Assembly (NCBI RefSeq): GCF_004010195.1
Contig: NC_057749.1
Location: forward strand, 2,086,800 to 2,150,799
Source of the DNA: Chiloscyllium plagiosum
Lineage: Eukaryota
DNA: 64,000 nt
Reading direction: 5' to 3'
The translations under genes were made by a program, and so were the position numbers. The notes beneath the pieces are model-generated. The model was not told where the DNA came from. It saw only the letters and a list, made by a program, of their open reading frames with translations, and ran no database searches. Positions 1 through 12,401 of the stretch are shown piece by piece (within the stretch, counting starts at the first letter, position 1; each line of letters begins with the position of its first letter).

Positions 1-209
1 GGGGGGATGTCAGGGGTAGGTTCTTTACCCAGAGAGTGGTGGGGGCATGGAATGCGCTGCCTGTGGGAGTGGCAGAGTCAGAATCATTGGTGACCTTTAA
101 GTGGCAATTGGATAGGTACATGGATAGGTGCTTAAGCTAGGACAAATGTTCGGCACAACATCGTGGGCCGAATGGCCTGTTCTGTGCTGTATTGTTCTAT
201 GTTCTATGT
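1..209 (+). mobile_element. 3' end of CR1/L2-type LINE with (TTCTATG)n-like tail
   Basis: 'ttctttacccagagagtggtgggggcatggaatgcgctgcc' (FFTQRVV..WN.LP C-terminal motif, seen in other CR1 copies in this window), followed by gttctatgttctatg tail. Confidence 0.8.
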
Positions 210-383
210 AATGCCATTGACAAATTGGGGACGTTGTTTCTAAAGTGTGAACTTTTACAACGTGTGTTGGCTATAATGTGATGACATCGCCAACACTTCA
301 AGCATCGTTTCTAGAGCCCGATTTTTTTATAACAAGGGGTTGCACAAGAACACTACCATTGTGTTATCGAAGATCTACCTGTA
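210..383 (-). mobile_element. Tc1/mariner-Tigger-like MITE end
   Basis: Minus strand begins TA|CAGGTAGATCTTCGATAAC, a CAG-initiated Tigger-type terminus after TA; the other end is lost under the LINE at the window start. Confidence 0.4.
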
Positions 384-844
384 GCTTTATCATTTTCCAT
401 GTCCATATCTTCACTGTCTCCATCGATGGCTGACATCGTGAGAAAGTTATTTCCCTCCATCCATGCTCATAGAATGATTGATCCTGGCTCTTACACAAGG
501 AGTGACCCACTCTTTTGAAAGATATTAGTGTGTTATCGTCTATAAGCCTGATTCTGGTGGGATTGACAAATTCCTTCACCTTGTTCGAACCCTTAGTACT
601 TGGAGTCTAAGTAGCGTTTTGGCCAGTCTATTCCGCACACTGTCAATGTGCATCCACTGACTAACAATGCCCAGTTAACAGATACTGGCACCAACACCTT
701 CATGGAATTGAATTGAATTAGTTTCATTGTCATCACTTTGCCACTGCACTGAAATTTCTTCTGACCAAATATGTTGATCCGTATCTCTGTCTTCTTCTTC
801 TGAATCTTCCATTTTGTGTTTAGTTTGGAATGCTGTGTTGTTTC

Positions 845-1016
845 GGGCTGAAACACTGGTTTGCAAATGCAGAGCGATGCCAACAGCATGGGCTCAATTC
901 CCACACCAGCTGGTGTTGCCGTGAAAGAGTTGCCTTCTCAACCTCTCCCTTTACCCGAAGTGTGGTGACCCTCAGGTGAAACCACCACTCTAGTGAGAGA
1001 GCAGCCCTGCTGGTCT
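845..1016 (+). mobile_element. degenerate tRNA-derived SINE (related copy at ~43872-44085)
   Basis: Shares 'aacagcatg..aattcc..cacc..gccttctcaacctc..ctca.gt.aaac.accac' with 43872-44085. Confidence 0.5.
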
Positions 1017-1370
1017 TCAGCAAACCTTCACTTATATGGTTTGGGACAGTGCATGATGCATTTTGAAACTTAAAAACATCAATTGACCATACTCTGGGTT
1101 CTTAAAGGATTCATTCTCTTATTATAACTCCCAAATTCTCTTCACGTCTTCAGATTGCCAAAAGCATTTCTGTTTTCATTTCTCTTCATTATAAATTCGA
1201 TTGTACTGTCTCCTTGGATCTGTATCCTGCATTTTTCTGCTTGCCCCATTCAGGCCATGAGTGCAGGAAAAGAATGCTTTCCAAGGAATTGTTTTCATGC
1301 TTCTGATATTGATTCAAGCAGTTAGCGTTTATCCACCAAATTATCTCTGTCAAAATGCAAAGTCTGTCTC

Positions 1371-1500
1371 ATCCTGACAAAGGGTTCTGGCCTGAAACGT
1401 TGACTTTCCTGCTCCTCGGATGCTGTCTGGCCTGCTGTGCTCTTCCAGCTCCACATCTATTGACTCTGACTTCCAGCTCCTGCAGCCCCTCACTGTCTCT
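1371..1500 (+). mobile_element. Penelope pLTR remnant with degenerate hammerhead motif
   Basis: ctgacaa-agggttctggcct-gaaacgtt followed by 'ctgctcctcggatgctg..gcctgctgtgctcttccagc', the terminal repeat seen on Penelope RT copies at 4775-4860 and 17163-17285. Confidence 0.65.
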
Positions 1501-1768
1501 CTGTCTATATTTGGCAGTTTAGTGCAGTTTAATAACTTAAAGAGGCGTACTGATTAAGAAACTCCCAGCCGCAGTCTCCTATACAATCTACTGATTTCTG
1601 TTCTGCATTCTTTGATGAAACTATCTTCACTCTCTCTAAATTTGTCAAGATATGACCAGTTTCTCAGAGTACCGCGCTTTTCTTTCATTGAGGGGCAGTG
1701 TGGAAGGAGAACGTGGACAGGGTGGGCAGTCTCCAAATACCTCAGTTTGATTTTTATTTGTGCCTCAG

Positions 1769-1976
1769 GGTTCGGTCCCCGATTCTCAAGCCCCCGGAAC
1801 ATGCTGAAGGTGAACAGAAAGTGGACCTCTTCCATCTCGCCCCTCTCTGACAACAGCATTGATCTTCACACCATGATCAGGACATCGCCTAACTCTCTAG
1901 TGGCCTTTATCAATAACTCTCACTGCGGCTCAACAACCAGTGGGTCGTATGGCCACTTATCTGTCACAGGCATCAG
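1769..1976 (+). CDS. GLI1: GLI1 coding exon, N-terminal conserved region with SUFU-binding SYGHL motif
   Basis: tgcctcag| acceptor and CATCAG|gtgagg donor; peptide [68 protein letters not shown] matches the GLI-family N-terminus; LVAFIN is GLI1-like. Confidence 0.93.
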
Positions 1977-2607
1977 GTGAGGCCTTTCGCAAACATGAAA
2001 CATTTCCTCCGCCTACTAGCTGGGAGAACCTGAAAATAGCGAGAGCTGGGGAAAGTATGATACACCCAACACATCGGGGTCGATACTAACCCTACCTTCT
2101 GACCTAAACCCCACAGCCCCATCTGCCCAGAAACATAGCAAGTCACCCTTTGAGCTAGTTTACTCAGCTTCTGTAGTCGGTCAATTCTAGTTCACCCGAA
2201 CTGCTTTCAATGAAAGCCACTCCCCTGGAGCAAATCAAAGGGCTTTTCCTGGGTCAGCTTTGTCGATTCGTTACGCTGACAGGAAAGCCTTACCACCAAA
2301 TTCTTGAATGGTTCCGTTCTCTGTCGAAGGCTAATTAACTGATGCTATGAGCTGTGCACGGGGAAGCAGAGCAGGGTGTGGGTTGGGAGAGGCCGCATTC
2401 CGCCTTGATGTGATCTTGCACAGGGAGGGGCATTCGTTGCTGAGGAGATGGTGCTGGTCAGCTGAGTTCATGACAGGCCAGCCATTGTCTGACTAAATCA
2501 AAATAGCAAGCAAGGTCCTGTTTGGAACATTTGAAAAAGGGGCGACTGCGAGCGGATGCGGTGTCTGCATTTGTAACGCTATGTTCTGACTGGTTTTTGA
2601 ATTATAG

Positions 2608-2794
2608 CCCGACGTGTGGATTTCCTCATCCTCTGACGCCGTGCTCCAAGCACCAGCAGTTCCCCATTCAGCCGAGGGGCCCAGCCACCACGTTTGGGAG
2701 CAGCCAATCTTCCGTGCCTTGCAGTTCCCAGCAGCCTAGTGGAGTCACGCTCCTGACACACTCACAACTGCTCCAGCCTTCCAAACCCTTCCAG
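2608..2794 (+). CDS. GLI1: GLI1 coding exon (SPTCGFPHPL...SKPFQ)
   Basis: ttatag| acceptor and CAG|gtatgg donor; phase 2 joins the previous exon (AG+C=Ser); resembles the GLI 'SPxxxFPHP' segment after SYGH; no stops. Confidence 0.8.
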
Positions 2795-2864
2795 GTATGG
2801 CAGAGAGGAAGCTGCATATAATCCGGCGTCTTCACCCAGCATTCCAACTGCAGTGGGATAATAG

Positions 2865-3190
2865 CGGGCACAGCGGTGGCTCAGTGGTTAGCACTGCTGC
2901 CTCACAGCGCCAGGGACCCGGGTTCGATCCCACCCTCGGGCCACTATCTGTGTGGAGTTTGCACATTCTCCCTGTGTCTGCGTGGGTTTCCTCCGGGTGC
3001 TCCGGTTTCCTCCCACAGTCCAAAGATATGCAGGTTAGGGTGGATTGTGCTAAATTACCCATAGTGCCCAGGGATGTGCAGGTTAGTGTGGAATGGCCAT
3101 GTTAAATTACCCACAGTGACCAGGGATGTGTGGGCTCAGTGGATTAGCCATGGTAACAGGGTTATAGGCCCGGGCAGCAAGCTCTTTGGA
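2865..3190 (+). mobile_element. HE1/V-SINE-type tRNA-derived SINE
   Basis: A box 'ggtggctcagtggttagc', B box 'gggttcgatccc', V-domain 'gtgtggagtttgcacattctccc'; many copies in window. Confidence 0.88.
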
Positions 3191-3199
3191 GAGGTAAAA

Positions 3200-4862
3200 G
3201 GTTCTACCTCCTTCCCAAGATCCACAAGCCTGACCACCCTGGCCAACCCATTGTCTCAGCATGCTCCTGCCCCACTGAACTCATCTCTACCTACCTCGAC
3301 ACTGTCCTATCCCCCCAGTCCAGGAACTCCCCACATACGTTCGAGACACCACCCACGCCCTCCACATCCTCCAAGACTTCCATTTCCCCGGCCCCCAACG
3401 CCTCATCTTCACCATGGAGATCCAGTCCCTCTACACCTCCATCCGCCATGACCAGGGCCTCCAAGCCCTCTGTTTTTCCTCTCCTGACGTCCCCAAAAAC
3501 ACCATTCCACCGACACTCTCATTTGTTTGGCCGAACTGGTCCTCACCCTTAACAATTTCTCCTTTAAATCCTCCCACTTTCTCCAGACCAAAGGGGTAGC
3601 CATGGGCACACGTATGGGCCCCAGCTATGCCTGTCTCTTTGTTGGCTACGTAGAGCAGTCCATCTTCCATAATTACACCGGCACCACTCCCCACCCCTTC
3701 CTTCGCTACATTGATGACTGCATTGGCGCCACCTCGTGCTCCCACGAGGAGNNNNNNNNNNNNNNNNNNNNNNNNNNNNNNNNNNNNNNNNNNNNNNNNN
3801 NNNNNNNNNNNNNNNNNNNNNNNNNNNNNNNNNNNNNNNNNNNNNNNNNNNNNNNNNNNNNNNNNNNNNNNNNNNNNNNNNNNNNNNNNNNNNNNNNNNN
3901 NNNNNNNNNNNNNNNNNNNNNNNNNNNNNNNNNNNNNNNNNNNNNNNNNNNNNNNNNNNNNNNNNNNNNNNNNNNNNNNNNNNNNNNNNNNNNNNNNNNN
4001 NNNNNNNNNNNNNNNNNNNNNNNNNNNNNNNNNNNNNNNNNNNNNNNNNNNNNNNNNNNNNNNNNNNNNNNNNNNNNNNNNNNNNNNNNNNNNNNNNNNN
4101 NNNNNNNNNNNNNNNNNNNNNNNNNNNNNNNNNNNNNNNNNNNNNNNNNNNNNNNNNNNNNNNNNNNNNNNNNNNNNNNNNNNNNNNNNNNNNNNNNNNN
4201 NNNNNNNNNNNNNNNNNNNNNNNNNNNNNNNNNNNNNNNNNNNNNNNNNNNNNNNNNNNNNNNNNNNNNNNNNNNNNNNNNNNNNNNNNNNNNNNNNNNN
4301 NNNNNNNNNNNNNNNNNNNNNNNNNNNNNNNNNNNNNNNNNNNNNNNNNNNNNNNNNNNNNNNNNNNNNNNNNNNNNNNNNNNNNNNNNNNNNNNNNNNN
4401 NNNNNNNNNNNNNNNNNNNNNNNNNNNNNNNNNNNNNNNNNNNNNNNNNNNNNNNNNNNNNNNNNNNNNNNNNNNNNNNNNNNNNNNNNNNNNNNNNNNN
4501 NNNNNNNNNNNNNNNNNNNNNNNNNNNNNNNNNNNNNNNNNNNNNNNNNNNNNNNNNNNNNNNNNNNNNNNNNNNNNNNNNNNNNNNNNNNNNNNNNNNN
4601 NNNNNNNNNNNNNNNNNNNNNNNNNNNNNNNNNNNNNNNNNNNNNNNNNNNNNNNNNNNNNNNNNNNNNNNNNNNNNNNNNNNNNNNNNNNNNNNNNNNN
4701 NNTATGCTACTTTCTCCCCACCCCCACCCTCCTCTAGCCTATCTCTCCACGCTTCAGGCTCTCTGCCTTTATTCCTGATGAAGTGTTTTGCCCGAAACGT
4801 CGCTTTCGCTGCTCCTTGGATGCTGCCTGAACTGCTGTGCTCTTCCAGCACCACTAATCCAT
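3200..4862 (+). mobile_element. Penelope-like retroelement RT fragment and 3' pLTR, spanning N gap 3752-4702
   Basis: QTKGVAMGTRMGPSYACLFVG and RYIDD are Penelope RT motifs; frameshifted upstream; pLTR with ctgatga..gaaacgtc at 4775-4801. Confidence 0.88.
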
Positions 4863-5217
4863 GCTCTTTGGAGAGTCAGTGCAGATGCGATGGGCCAAAT
4901 GGCCTCTGTCTGCATTGTAGGGATTCTGTGTTGTGTAGTATGAGGAAAAATTGGTCAAAGTAATTGTGAGAGAGATGGACTCCCTGGGTGGAATTATAAT
5001 CACAGAGAGCTGTCCTGATGCCAGGATAGAAAGTTAGGTACCCCTTACACCCACTTGCACTCCCCGCGCGATGACAGCCTATCACCAGTTGTTGCTCTGT
5101 TGATGTACGTTGGCTTGAGGCCCCTCACCTTCGAATGGAAGGTACAATGTGGCAGTTACACAGCAGAGTTTGAGTTGACGTGTCAGCACTAATGTCTCAT
5201 CTCAATCCTTAATGAAG

Positions 5218-5319
5218 GCTGAGCCATCAATCAGCAGCTCACTGGACCCCGTCAATGCCAGGCATCTGGAAGAGAGATCTGAAGGAGATGTGTCCAGCCC
5301 TGCTTCGACAGGCACACAG
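5218..5319 (+). CDS. GLI1: GLI1 coding exon (AEPSISSSLDPVNARHLEERSEGDVSSPASTGTQ)
   Basis: aag| acceptor and CAG|gtaaat donor, 102 nt, phase 0/0; EGDVSSPASTGTQ matches the GLI1-specific EGD(M/V)(S/A)SPxSTG(I/T)Q. Confidence 0.88.
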
Positions 5320-5364
5320 GTAAATGACTGCCTGGAGCTTCATTTCTGTCACTTCTGTTGACTC

Positions 5365-5666
5365 CACCACCACCCCACCGCTTCAACTCCCCCTCCCACT
5401 CCCCCAAGGACATGCAGGTCCTGGGCCTCCATCGCCAAACCCTTACTACCCAATGCCTGGAGGAAGAACGCCTCATCTTCCGCCTTGGGATCCTGCGACT
5501 ACATGGGATCAGTGTGGATTTCGGCAGTTTCCTCATTTCCCCTCCCCCCCACCTTACCCCAGTCCTAACCCTCCAGCTCAGCACCACCCTCATGACGTCC
5601 TACCTGTCCATCATCCTTCCCACCTATCCGCTCCACCCTCCCCTCCGACCTATCACCTTTACCCCC
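5365..5666 (+). mobile_element. Penelope-like element 3' part (C-terminus of GIY-YIG region)
   Basis: HRFNSPSHSPKDMQVLGLH..LEEERLIFRLG..HGI.VDF, the same motif as copies at 20560-20730 and 48570-48730. Confidence 0.8.
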
Positions 5667-6313
5667 NNNNNNNNNNNNNNNNNNNNNNNNNNNNNNNNNN
5701 NNNNNNNNNNNNNNNNNNNNNNNNNNNNNNNNNNNNNNNNNNNNNNNNNNNNNNNNNNNNNNNNNNNNNNNNNNNNNNNNNNNNNNNNNNNNNNNNNNNN
5801 NNNNNNNNNNNNNNNNNNNNNNNNNNNNNNNNNNNNNNNNNNNNNNNNNNNNNNNNNNNNNNNNNNNNNNNNNNNNNNNNNNNNNNNNNNNNNNNNNNNN
5901 NNNNNNNNNNNNNNNNNNNNNNNNNNNNNNNNNNNNNNNNNNNNNNNNNNNNNNNNNNNNNNNNNNNNNNNNNNNNNNNNNNNNNNNNNNNNNNNNNNNN
6001 NNNNNNNNNNNNNNNNNNNNNNNNNNNNNNNNNNNNNNNNNNNNNNNNNNNNNNNNNNNNNNNNNNNNNNNNNNNNNNNNNNNNNNNNNNNNNNNNNNNN
6101 NNNNNNNNNNNNNNNNNNNNNNNNNNNNNNNNNNNNNNNNNNNNNNNNNNNNNNNNNNNNNNNNNNNNNNNNNNNNNNNNNNNNNNNNNNNNNNNNNNNN
6201 NNNNNNNNNNNNNNNNNNNNNNNNNNNNNNNNNNNNNNNNNNNNNNNNNNNNNNNNNNNNNNNNNNNNNNNNNNNNNNNNNNNNNNNNNNNNNNNNNNNN
6301 NNNNNNNNNNNNN

Positions 6314-7021
6314 ATGCCTCTTAAATGTTGCAATTGTACCAGCCTCCACCACTTCCTCTGGCAGCTCATTCCATACACGTACCACTCTCTGAGTGAAAAC
6401 GTTGCCCCTTAGGTCCCCTTTATATCTTTCCCCTCTCACCCTAAACCTAGTTCTGGACTCCCCGACCCCAGGGAAAAGACTTTGCCTATTTATCCTATCC
6501 ATGGCCCTCATGATTTTATAAACCTGTATAAGGTCACCCCTCAGCCTCCGACGCTCCAGGGAAAACATCCCCAGCCTGTTCATCCTCTCCCTGTAACTCA
6601 AACCCTCCAACCCTAGCAACATCCTTGTAAATCTTTTCTGAACCCTTTCAAGTTTCACAACATCCTTCCTATAGGAGGGAGACCAGAATTACACACAAAT
6701 ATTCCAATATAACCAATGTCCTGTACAGCCGCAACATGACCTCCCAACTCCTGTACTCAATACTCTGACCAATAAAGGAAAGCATACCAAACACCTCCTT
6801 CACTATCCCATCTACCTGCGACTCCACTTTCAAGGGGCTATGAACCTGCACTCCAAGGTCTCTTTGTTCAGCAACACTCCCTAGGACCTTACCATTAAGT
6901 GTATAAATCCTGCTAAGGTTTGCTTTCCCAAAATGCAGCACCTCGCATTTATCTGAATTAAACTCCATCTGCCACTTCTCAGCCCATTGGCCCATCTGGT
7001 CCAGATCCTGTTTAATCTGAG
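6314..7021 (-). mobile_element. CR1 LINE ORF2 3' fragment
   Basis: WQMEFNSDKCEVLHFG, QRDLGVQVH, LERVQKRFTRM and LRGDLI motifs. Confidence 0.9.
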
Positions 7022-9019
7022 ATTTCTTCAATCTTGAGAAAGATCTAATGGTTAAGATGTTACTTTCAAAGAATCACACGATTATTATGGTGCAGGAGGA
7101 GGCCATTCAGCCTATCGACCTGCAGTGACTGTCCTATCTTGTGCCAATCTCCTGCAATCTCCCTGTATCCCTTCTATCGTTACTATCCACAAAAAAAGTG
7201 AATCGTGGTTACAGTGAAGTCCGTTGTGCCTGCACCAGTTCCATTATCTAATCTTTTGCCTTTTCCCCATGTCCCTGTGTGCTATTTTTATTCAAATAAC
7301 CATCCATGCCCTTGTGAATGCGTCCACTGAGCCAGCCATTTCCAGGCTGTGCATTCCAGACCCTCGCCGAGAGGGGAAAAAAAAAGTTTCCCGTCATTTC
7401 ACACTGGCTTTGTTTGCGCACCACTTTAAATCCATCACTTGTCCCAGCTCCAGGCTGATTCAAAATGCAGCCTGATCAAAGTTGTGCCTGGCTTCCTCAC
7501 CAACACTTATCCTCTGAGCCAGCTGTCTTCCTGGGCAGGAACCCTTCAAGTGGATCCCTCCGAAAGCAACTCCTCTCATGCTGCCTGTGCACATGGTTTC
7601 TCCCGGTGAAGCAAAGTGACAAACAGGAAGTGCTGGAGAAACTCAGGAAGCTCGGACAGTACTCTGTCCTCCATTTTGATTAAACCCCAACCATGTCTTG
7701 CATTTGCTCTGAGGAGAGCTGACTGATTTTCTGTTCTTCGCACTCACTTCAAGACCTACTCATCAATGTCATCACCTCCTTATTACTTTACAGTAGGCCT
7801 TTTGCTCTGGTTCACCATCATCGTAAAGTCAGACAGCCCAGAAAAGGCCCATCGAGTCTGTGCTGACTTACCTACACTAGTCCCACTTTCCCACACAAGA
7901 CCCATAGCCTTGCATGTTAAGACACTTCAAGCGTTCACCCAAGTACATTTTAAAGGTTGCAAGGTTTCTCACCTCAGCTCCCCTCGCAGACCCCCACCAC
8001 CCTCTGGAAGAAAATGTCTTACCTTAAATCTCCTCTAGAACTCCTGCTTTTCACCTTAAAATTGTATCCCCTTGTGATGGACCCTTCACCTATTCCCCCC
8101 TGTTCATGCCCCTCATCACCTTACACACCTCTAGCAGGTCCCCCCCTCAGCCTTCCCTGCTCCAAATTAAACAACCCGAGCTTATCCAGCCTCTGTTCAC
8201 CGCTAAATCTATCAAATCGTCTGTTCCACTTCTCTCTCCTCTATTTTTTTCCCTCGACAGTATGAAACCACTTGCCCTGTTGCTGGACTCGAACCATGTA
8301 CTCTTGTTTTTTTCCCTCTCTGCAGATGCTGCCAGAGCTGCTGACATTGTCTGTTTGTGTTTATCCTCCCACTATCTCCTGAGTGAATGTCTCTGGGACG
8401 TTAGGAACATGAGTTAGCAGAAATGGGAACAGAGCCTCCAGGAGACACTCAGCAGGTCTGGCAGCATCGGTGGAGAGAGAGAAAACATTCCAGGCCTTCC
8501 ATCGTTGACAGAGCTAACCCACATATTGCACCCCCTCTGCTTTTCTCCCTGCAGATGTAGTCCTTTTTGAGTATAAATCCTTAAATCTGGGACATTTGAG
8601 TCTCCGGCCTGTGGAAACAATTCCTAGAATTAATATCTGAACGGACCTCAGAAATGTTAATTCTGATCTCTCTCTCTTTCTGCAGCTTCTCTGAGGCTGT
8701 CACACTCTGTACTGCTACCCTGATGTACCTTGTATGGTATGATCTGCCTATCTAACACGCAAAACACCACTTTTCACTGTATCTCGGTACGTGTGACAAC
8801 AATCAGTCATTTCTTCATACTCTCTCACAGAGCCTGAAAATAGAACCATTTCAGCTTCTCCCATCTCTCCATGCTACTGGTCTGTCATCCTTATCATATC
8901 AGCAACATCCTCTTGGCGATACCCCATTGAGGTTAAATAAGCAATAATCCTGCCTTCTGACAGTTACAGTGACAGTCATTTAACAGTCAAAATCCTCTCA
9001 GCTCCTCAGATTTGACTCA

Positions 9020-9900
9020 TAGTCATAATCTACAGCACAGAAAAAGGCCCTTCAGCCCATTGAGTCTGCACACTGGCCCTAAACAACCCCCTAACTATTC
9101 AAGTCCCATTTTCTAGTACTTGATCCGTACCCCTGTGTGCCTTGGCATCCCAAGTGACACATCGAATTCCTTCTCCCACCCTTAACAGACAGAGAGTTCC
9201 AGATTCCCCACCCCCTCTCTGGGTGAAGAGGATTTTCTTCATAGCCCGTCTAAACCTCTTGACCCTGAACCTAAATCTCTGCCTCTGGTCATTGATCCCT
9301 CCATCAAGGGGAGAGGTATCTTCCTGCCCATCCTATCTATACCCCTCATTCTTTATACATCTCAATCATGTCCCCCTCCTCAATCTTCTCAGCTCACCCA
9401 TCCCCATTTCACCACCCCACCCACCGCCACCCCCTTTATCTGCAGCTCCGCCCCCACACACACACCCTCCCAGTCCTGAAGGAGGGTTACATCCGAAACG
9501 TCAACTTCTCCACCTCCTGATACTGCCTGGCTTGCTGTGTCCTTCCAACTTCCTGCCTGTCTCTTAAGGAAAACAGCCCCAGTCTGTCCAGTCTCTCTTC
9601 ATCACTGAGCCCTCCAGCCCAGGCAACGTCCTGGTAAATCTCCTCTGCCCCTCTCCAGTGCTATCACACCCCTCCTATAATGGTGAGTCCAGAGCTGCAC
9701 ACAGTATCATAGCTGTGGCCGAACTAACGTTCTATACAGTTCCAGCATCACCTCCCTGCTCTTTAACTCTATGCGTCGGCTAGTGAAGGCAAGTGTCCCA
9801 TATTCCTTCTGAACCACTTTGTCCATCTGTCTTGATGCCTTAAGGGACTTGTGCACATCAAGATCCTTCCGATCCTCAGTCGTTCCCAGACCCATAAAGA
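9020..9900 (-). mobile_element. degenerate CR1/L2 LINE 3' fragment with nested Penelope pLTR (~9395-9565)
   Basis: Minus-strand KASRQMDKVVQKEYGTLAFTSRRIELKSREVMLELYRTLVRPQL; nested 'cagtcctgaagga..ccgaaacgtc' pLTR. Confidence 0.75.
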
Positions 9901-10258
9901 ACCACAAGCTCCCAATTCCACCCAACTCAAAGCTTGACTCCACTTCAGCCCCTAAAATCCTGTCAGATTCCAATGGTTAGTGGGAACAGCTTGAGAGGTG
10001 GTTTGAGGGCCCACTAACTGTACCACCACACAAAGGGAACAGAGACCGGAGGAAAGGGGTGAATGAGAGAGGAGGATAGAAAAAAGAGAGAAGGAGAATG
10101 AAAGAAACTGGAGAAAAAGAAAACAGCAAAGCTATAGTGTGTGTGAGAGAGAGAGAGAGAAGCAGAAACAATGGGAGATAAGCAGGAGAGGACGTGCCCT
10201 TGCAATTACCATGGAAACCACTATCGCCCTGTTCTCATTTAGCGATGATTTCTAACAG

Positions 10259-10384
10259 GATCTTTTGTTGGGAAGAGAGGATGGAGATAAGGATGATGGG
10301 AAACAAGAGCCAGCCATCTATGAGACAAACTGTCACTGGGACGGGTGCAGTAAAGAGTTCGATGCTCAAGATCAACTTGTGCAT
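10259..10384 (+). CDS. GLI1: GLI1 coding exon, first half of zinc finger 1
   Basis: ctaacag| acceptor and CAT|gtgagt donor, 126 nt; [42 protein letters not shown] is GLI ZF1 (YETxCxWDGCxxEFDxQxQLVH) ending at the conserved H|H intron. Confidence 0.95.
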
Positions 10385-11061
10385 GTGAGTAACTCAATAC
10401 ACATTGTGTTTAATATCTGTGAAGGGGGCGAGTCCCCGGGAATGTTCTGGAACCTTCAGGGCCCTGTTGTAAATCACAAGGGCATTGAAGACGTGTTTGT
10501 TTTTATTGCATTTCATGTGAGCACTTTTGCTTTATGTGTGACGGAGGGAGGGGAAAAGATTCCCTATCTGTCGTGCGTTGTTCACTTTCCACTTGGTGCG
10601 GGAAGGATGGGCATCTCGAAGCTGGGCATGTGCCAGCTGACTGATGCCAGGGCAGCAGAGGAGAGGCTGAGCTGAGCTTAGGGTGGGGGGTGGGGGGCGC
10701 TCCAGAGTTTGGATTGATCTCTTTGACTTGACACACTGCATTTCTCCGGCTGATTTCTATCACCATCCTGCTCACAAAAGATCACCTCAAAGGTGAATAC
10801 CTTAAAAGTGTGAAGTAGGGCTAAATTTTCTTTTTGAGCGCTCCTTTTAAGATTTTCTTGAGGCCTACTCTTTGGTTTTCAGGGCCTCCTTTTCCATTGT
10901 CATTAACTCCTGTATTAGGTGATGCAGCCTCATAGCAACATTATCTCGGCCTCACACAGAATTGTTCATTATTAAATTATCCAATTGGTACAGTGTTCAT
11001 GACAGTAGCATCCAGTATTCCCTTCTTGAAAGACTTAAACCAGCTCTGTCTGATTAGATTC

Positions 11062-11345
11062 AATTCCCTACAGTGTGGAAACAGGCTCAACAAGTCCTCA
11101 CTGACCCTCCGAAGAGCAACCCATCCCCCTCTGACTAATGCACTATGGGTAATTTAGCATGGCCAATTCACCTGACCTGCACATCTTCAGACTGTGGGAG
11201 GAAACTGGAGCACCCAGAGGAAACCCACACAGACACGAGGAGAATGTGCAAACTCCACACAGACAGTTGCCCGAGGCTGGAATCGAACCTGGGACCCTGG
11301 TGCTGTGAGGCAGCAGTGCTAACCACTGAGCCACCGTGCCACCCT
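11062..11345 (-). mobile_element. HE1/V-SINE-type SINE
   Basis: Reverse complement of the 2865-3190 head and V-domain. Confidence 0.88.
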
Positions 11346-11484
11346 GCTTTGTAACCATCCCGCCAGCATCCCAGCCTCACTCCCTGGGTCCCAGTCTTCT
11401 GAGCCTCATTTTCCTTCTCACCCCAGTCTCCCACAGTTCCTTCCCTCCAGTCCCTCTCCCTTCAGCCCCGCTCAAAGAGAATGA

Positions 11485-12135
11485 CGTACAGAAAGAGGTT
11501 TTGCTAAAACTATACAAGGCACCGATCAGACCATAGCTGGGATACTGTGAACAGGTTTGGGTCCCCTTACCTGAGGAAAGACAGACTGACATTGGAGGCA
11601 GTCCAGAGAAGGTCCACTCGGCTGATCCCGGGTATGGAGGGACTGTCCCATGAGGAAAGGTTGAGGAGGTTGGGCCTGGACTCATTGGGGTTTAGAAGTT
11701 GAGGAGGTTGGGCCTGGACTCATTGGGGTTTAGAAGGAGGAGAGGTGACCTTATTGAAACATCCAAGATTCCCTGGGGGACTTGACAGGGGGGATGTGGA
11801 GAGGTTGTTTCCCCTTGTGGGAGAGAGTCGAGGACCAGAGGGTACAATCCCAGAATAAGGGGTCACCTGTTGCAGACAGAGATGAGGAGGAATTTCTTCT
11901 CTCAGAGGGGAGTGAGTCTGTGGAATTCTTTACCACAGAGGGCTGTCGGGGCTGGGTCAGTGAGTATATTCAAGGCTGGGATAGAGAGATGTTTACTCAG
12001 GAAGGGAATCCAGGGGTGATGGGGAAAAGGCAGGAAAGTGGAGTTAGGGATGATCTGATCAGCTGTGACCTGATTGAGTGGCGGAGCAGACTCGATGGGC
12101 TGAATTGCCTCTTGCTGTTCCTATACTTTCTGGTC
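11485..12135 (+). mobile_element. CR1/L2 LINE 3' fragment with internal 39-bp tandem duplication (11660-11736)
   Basis: EVLLKLYKAPIRP, LEAVQRR and RGDLIET motifs; 'gttgaggaggttgggcctggactcattggggtttagaa' occurs twice. Confidence 0.8.
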
Positions 12136-12401
12136 TTATCCACAAGATGCAGTGCATCCCCTCCAAGGGTCCTTCAGCAGCACCTTCCAAACCCAGGACC
12201 TCCTTACCGAGAAGGACGAGGACAGCAGGTACTTGGGAACACCACATACTGCAGGTTCCCTTCTGAGCCACACAGCATCCTGACATGGAAATCTATCAAT
12301 GTTCCTCCACTGTCGCTGGGTCACACTGGCTCACTCAGAGCTCTGTGGATCTGCCTGGAGGATAGCTATCTCAAACAGCAACAGGCAATGTTAGTTATCT
12401 C

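Noticed and set aside
2000-2600. GLI autoregulatory or TCF enhancer in a GLI1 intron
   Set aside because: No exact GACCACCCA site; isolated ATCAAAG hits are expected by chance
2865-2940. tRNA genes at SINE heads
   Set aside because: A/B boxes run into the SINE V-domain; multi-copy, with no complete cloverleaf or terminator
3527-6658. Long ORFs of 240-480 aa in the ORF track (also 11782-13195 and 16416-17219)
   Set aside because: They read through N gaps; the real residues are Penelope or CR1 fragments
1769-10384. GLI2 or GLI3 identity
   Set aside because: EGDVSSPASTGTQ|DLL and LVAFIN match GLI1; the SESAVSST..KRSK.K segment of GLI2/3 is absent
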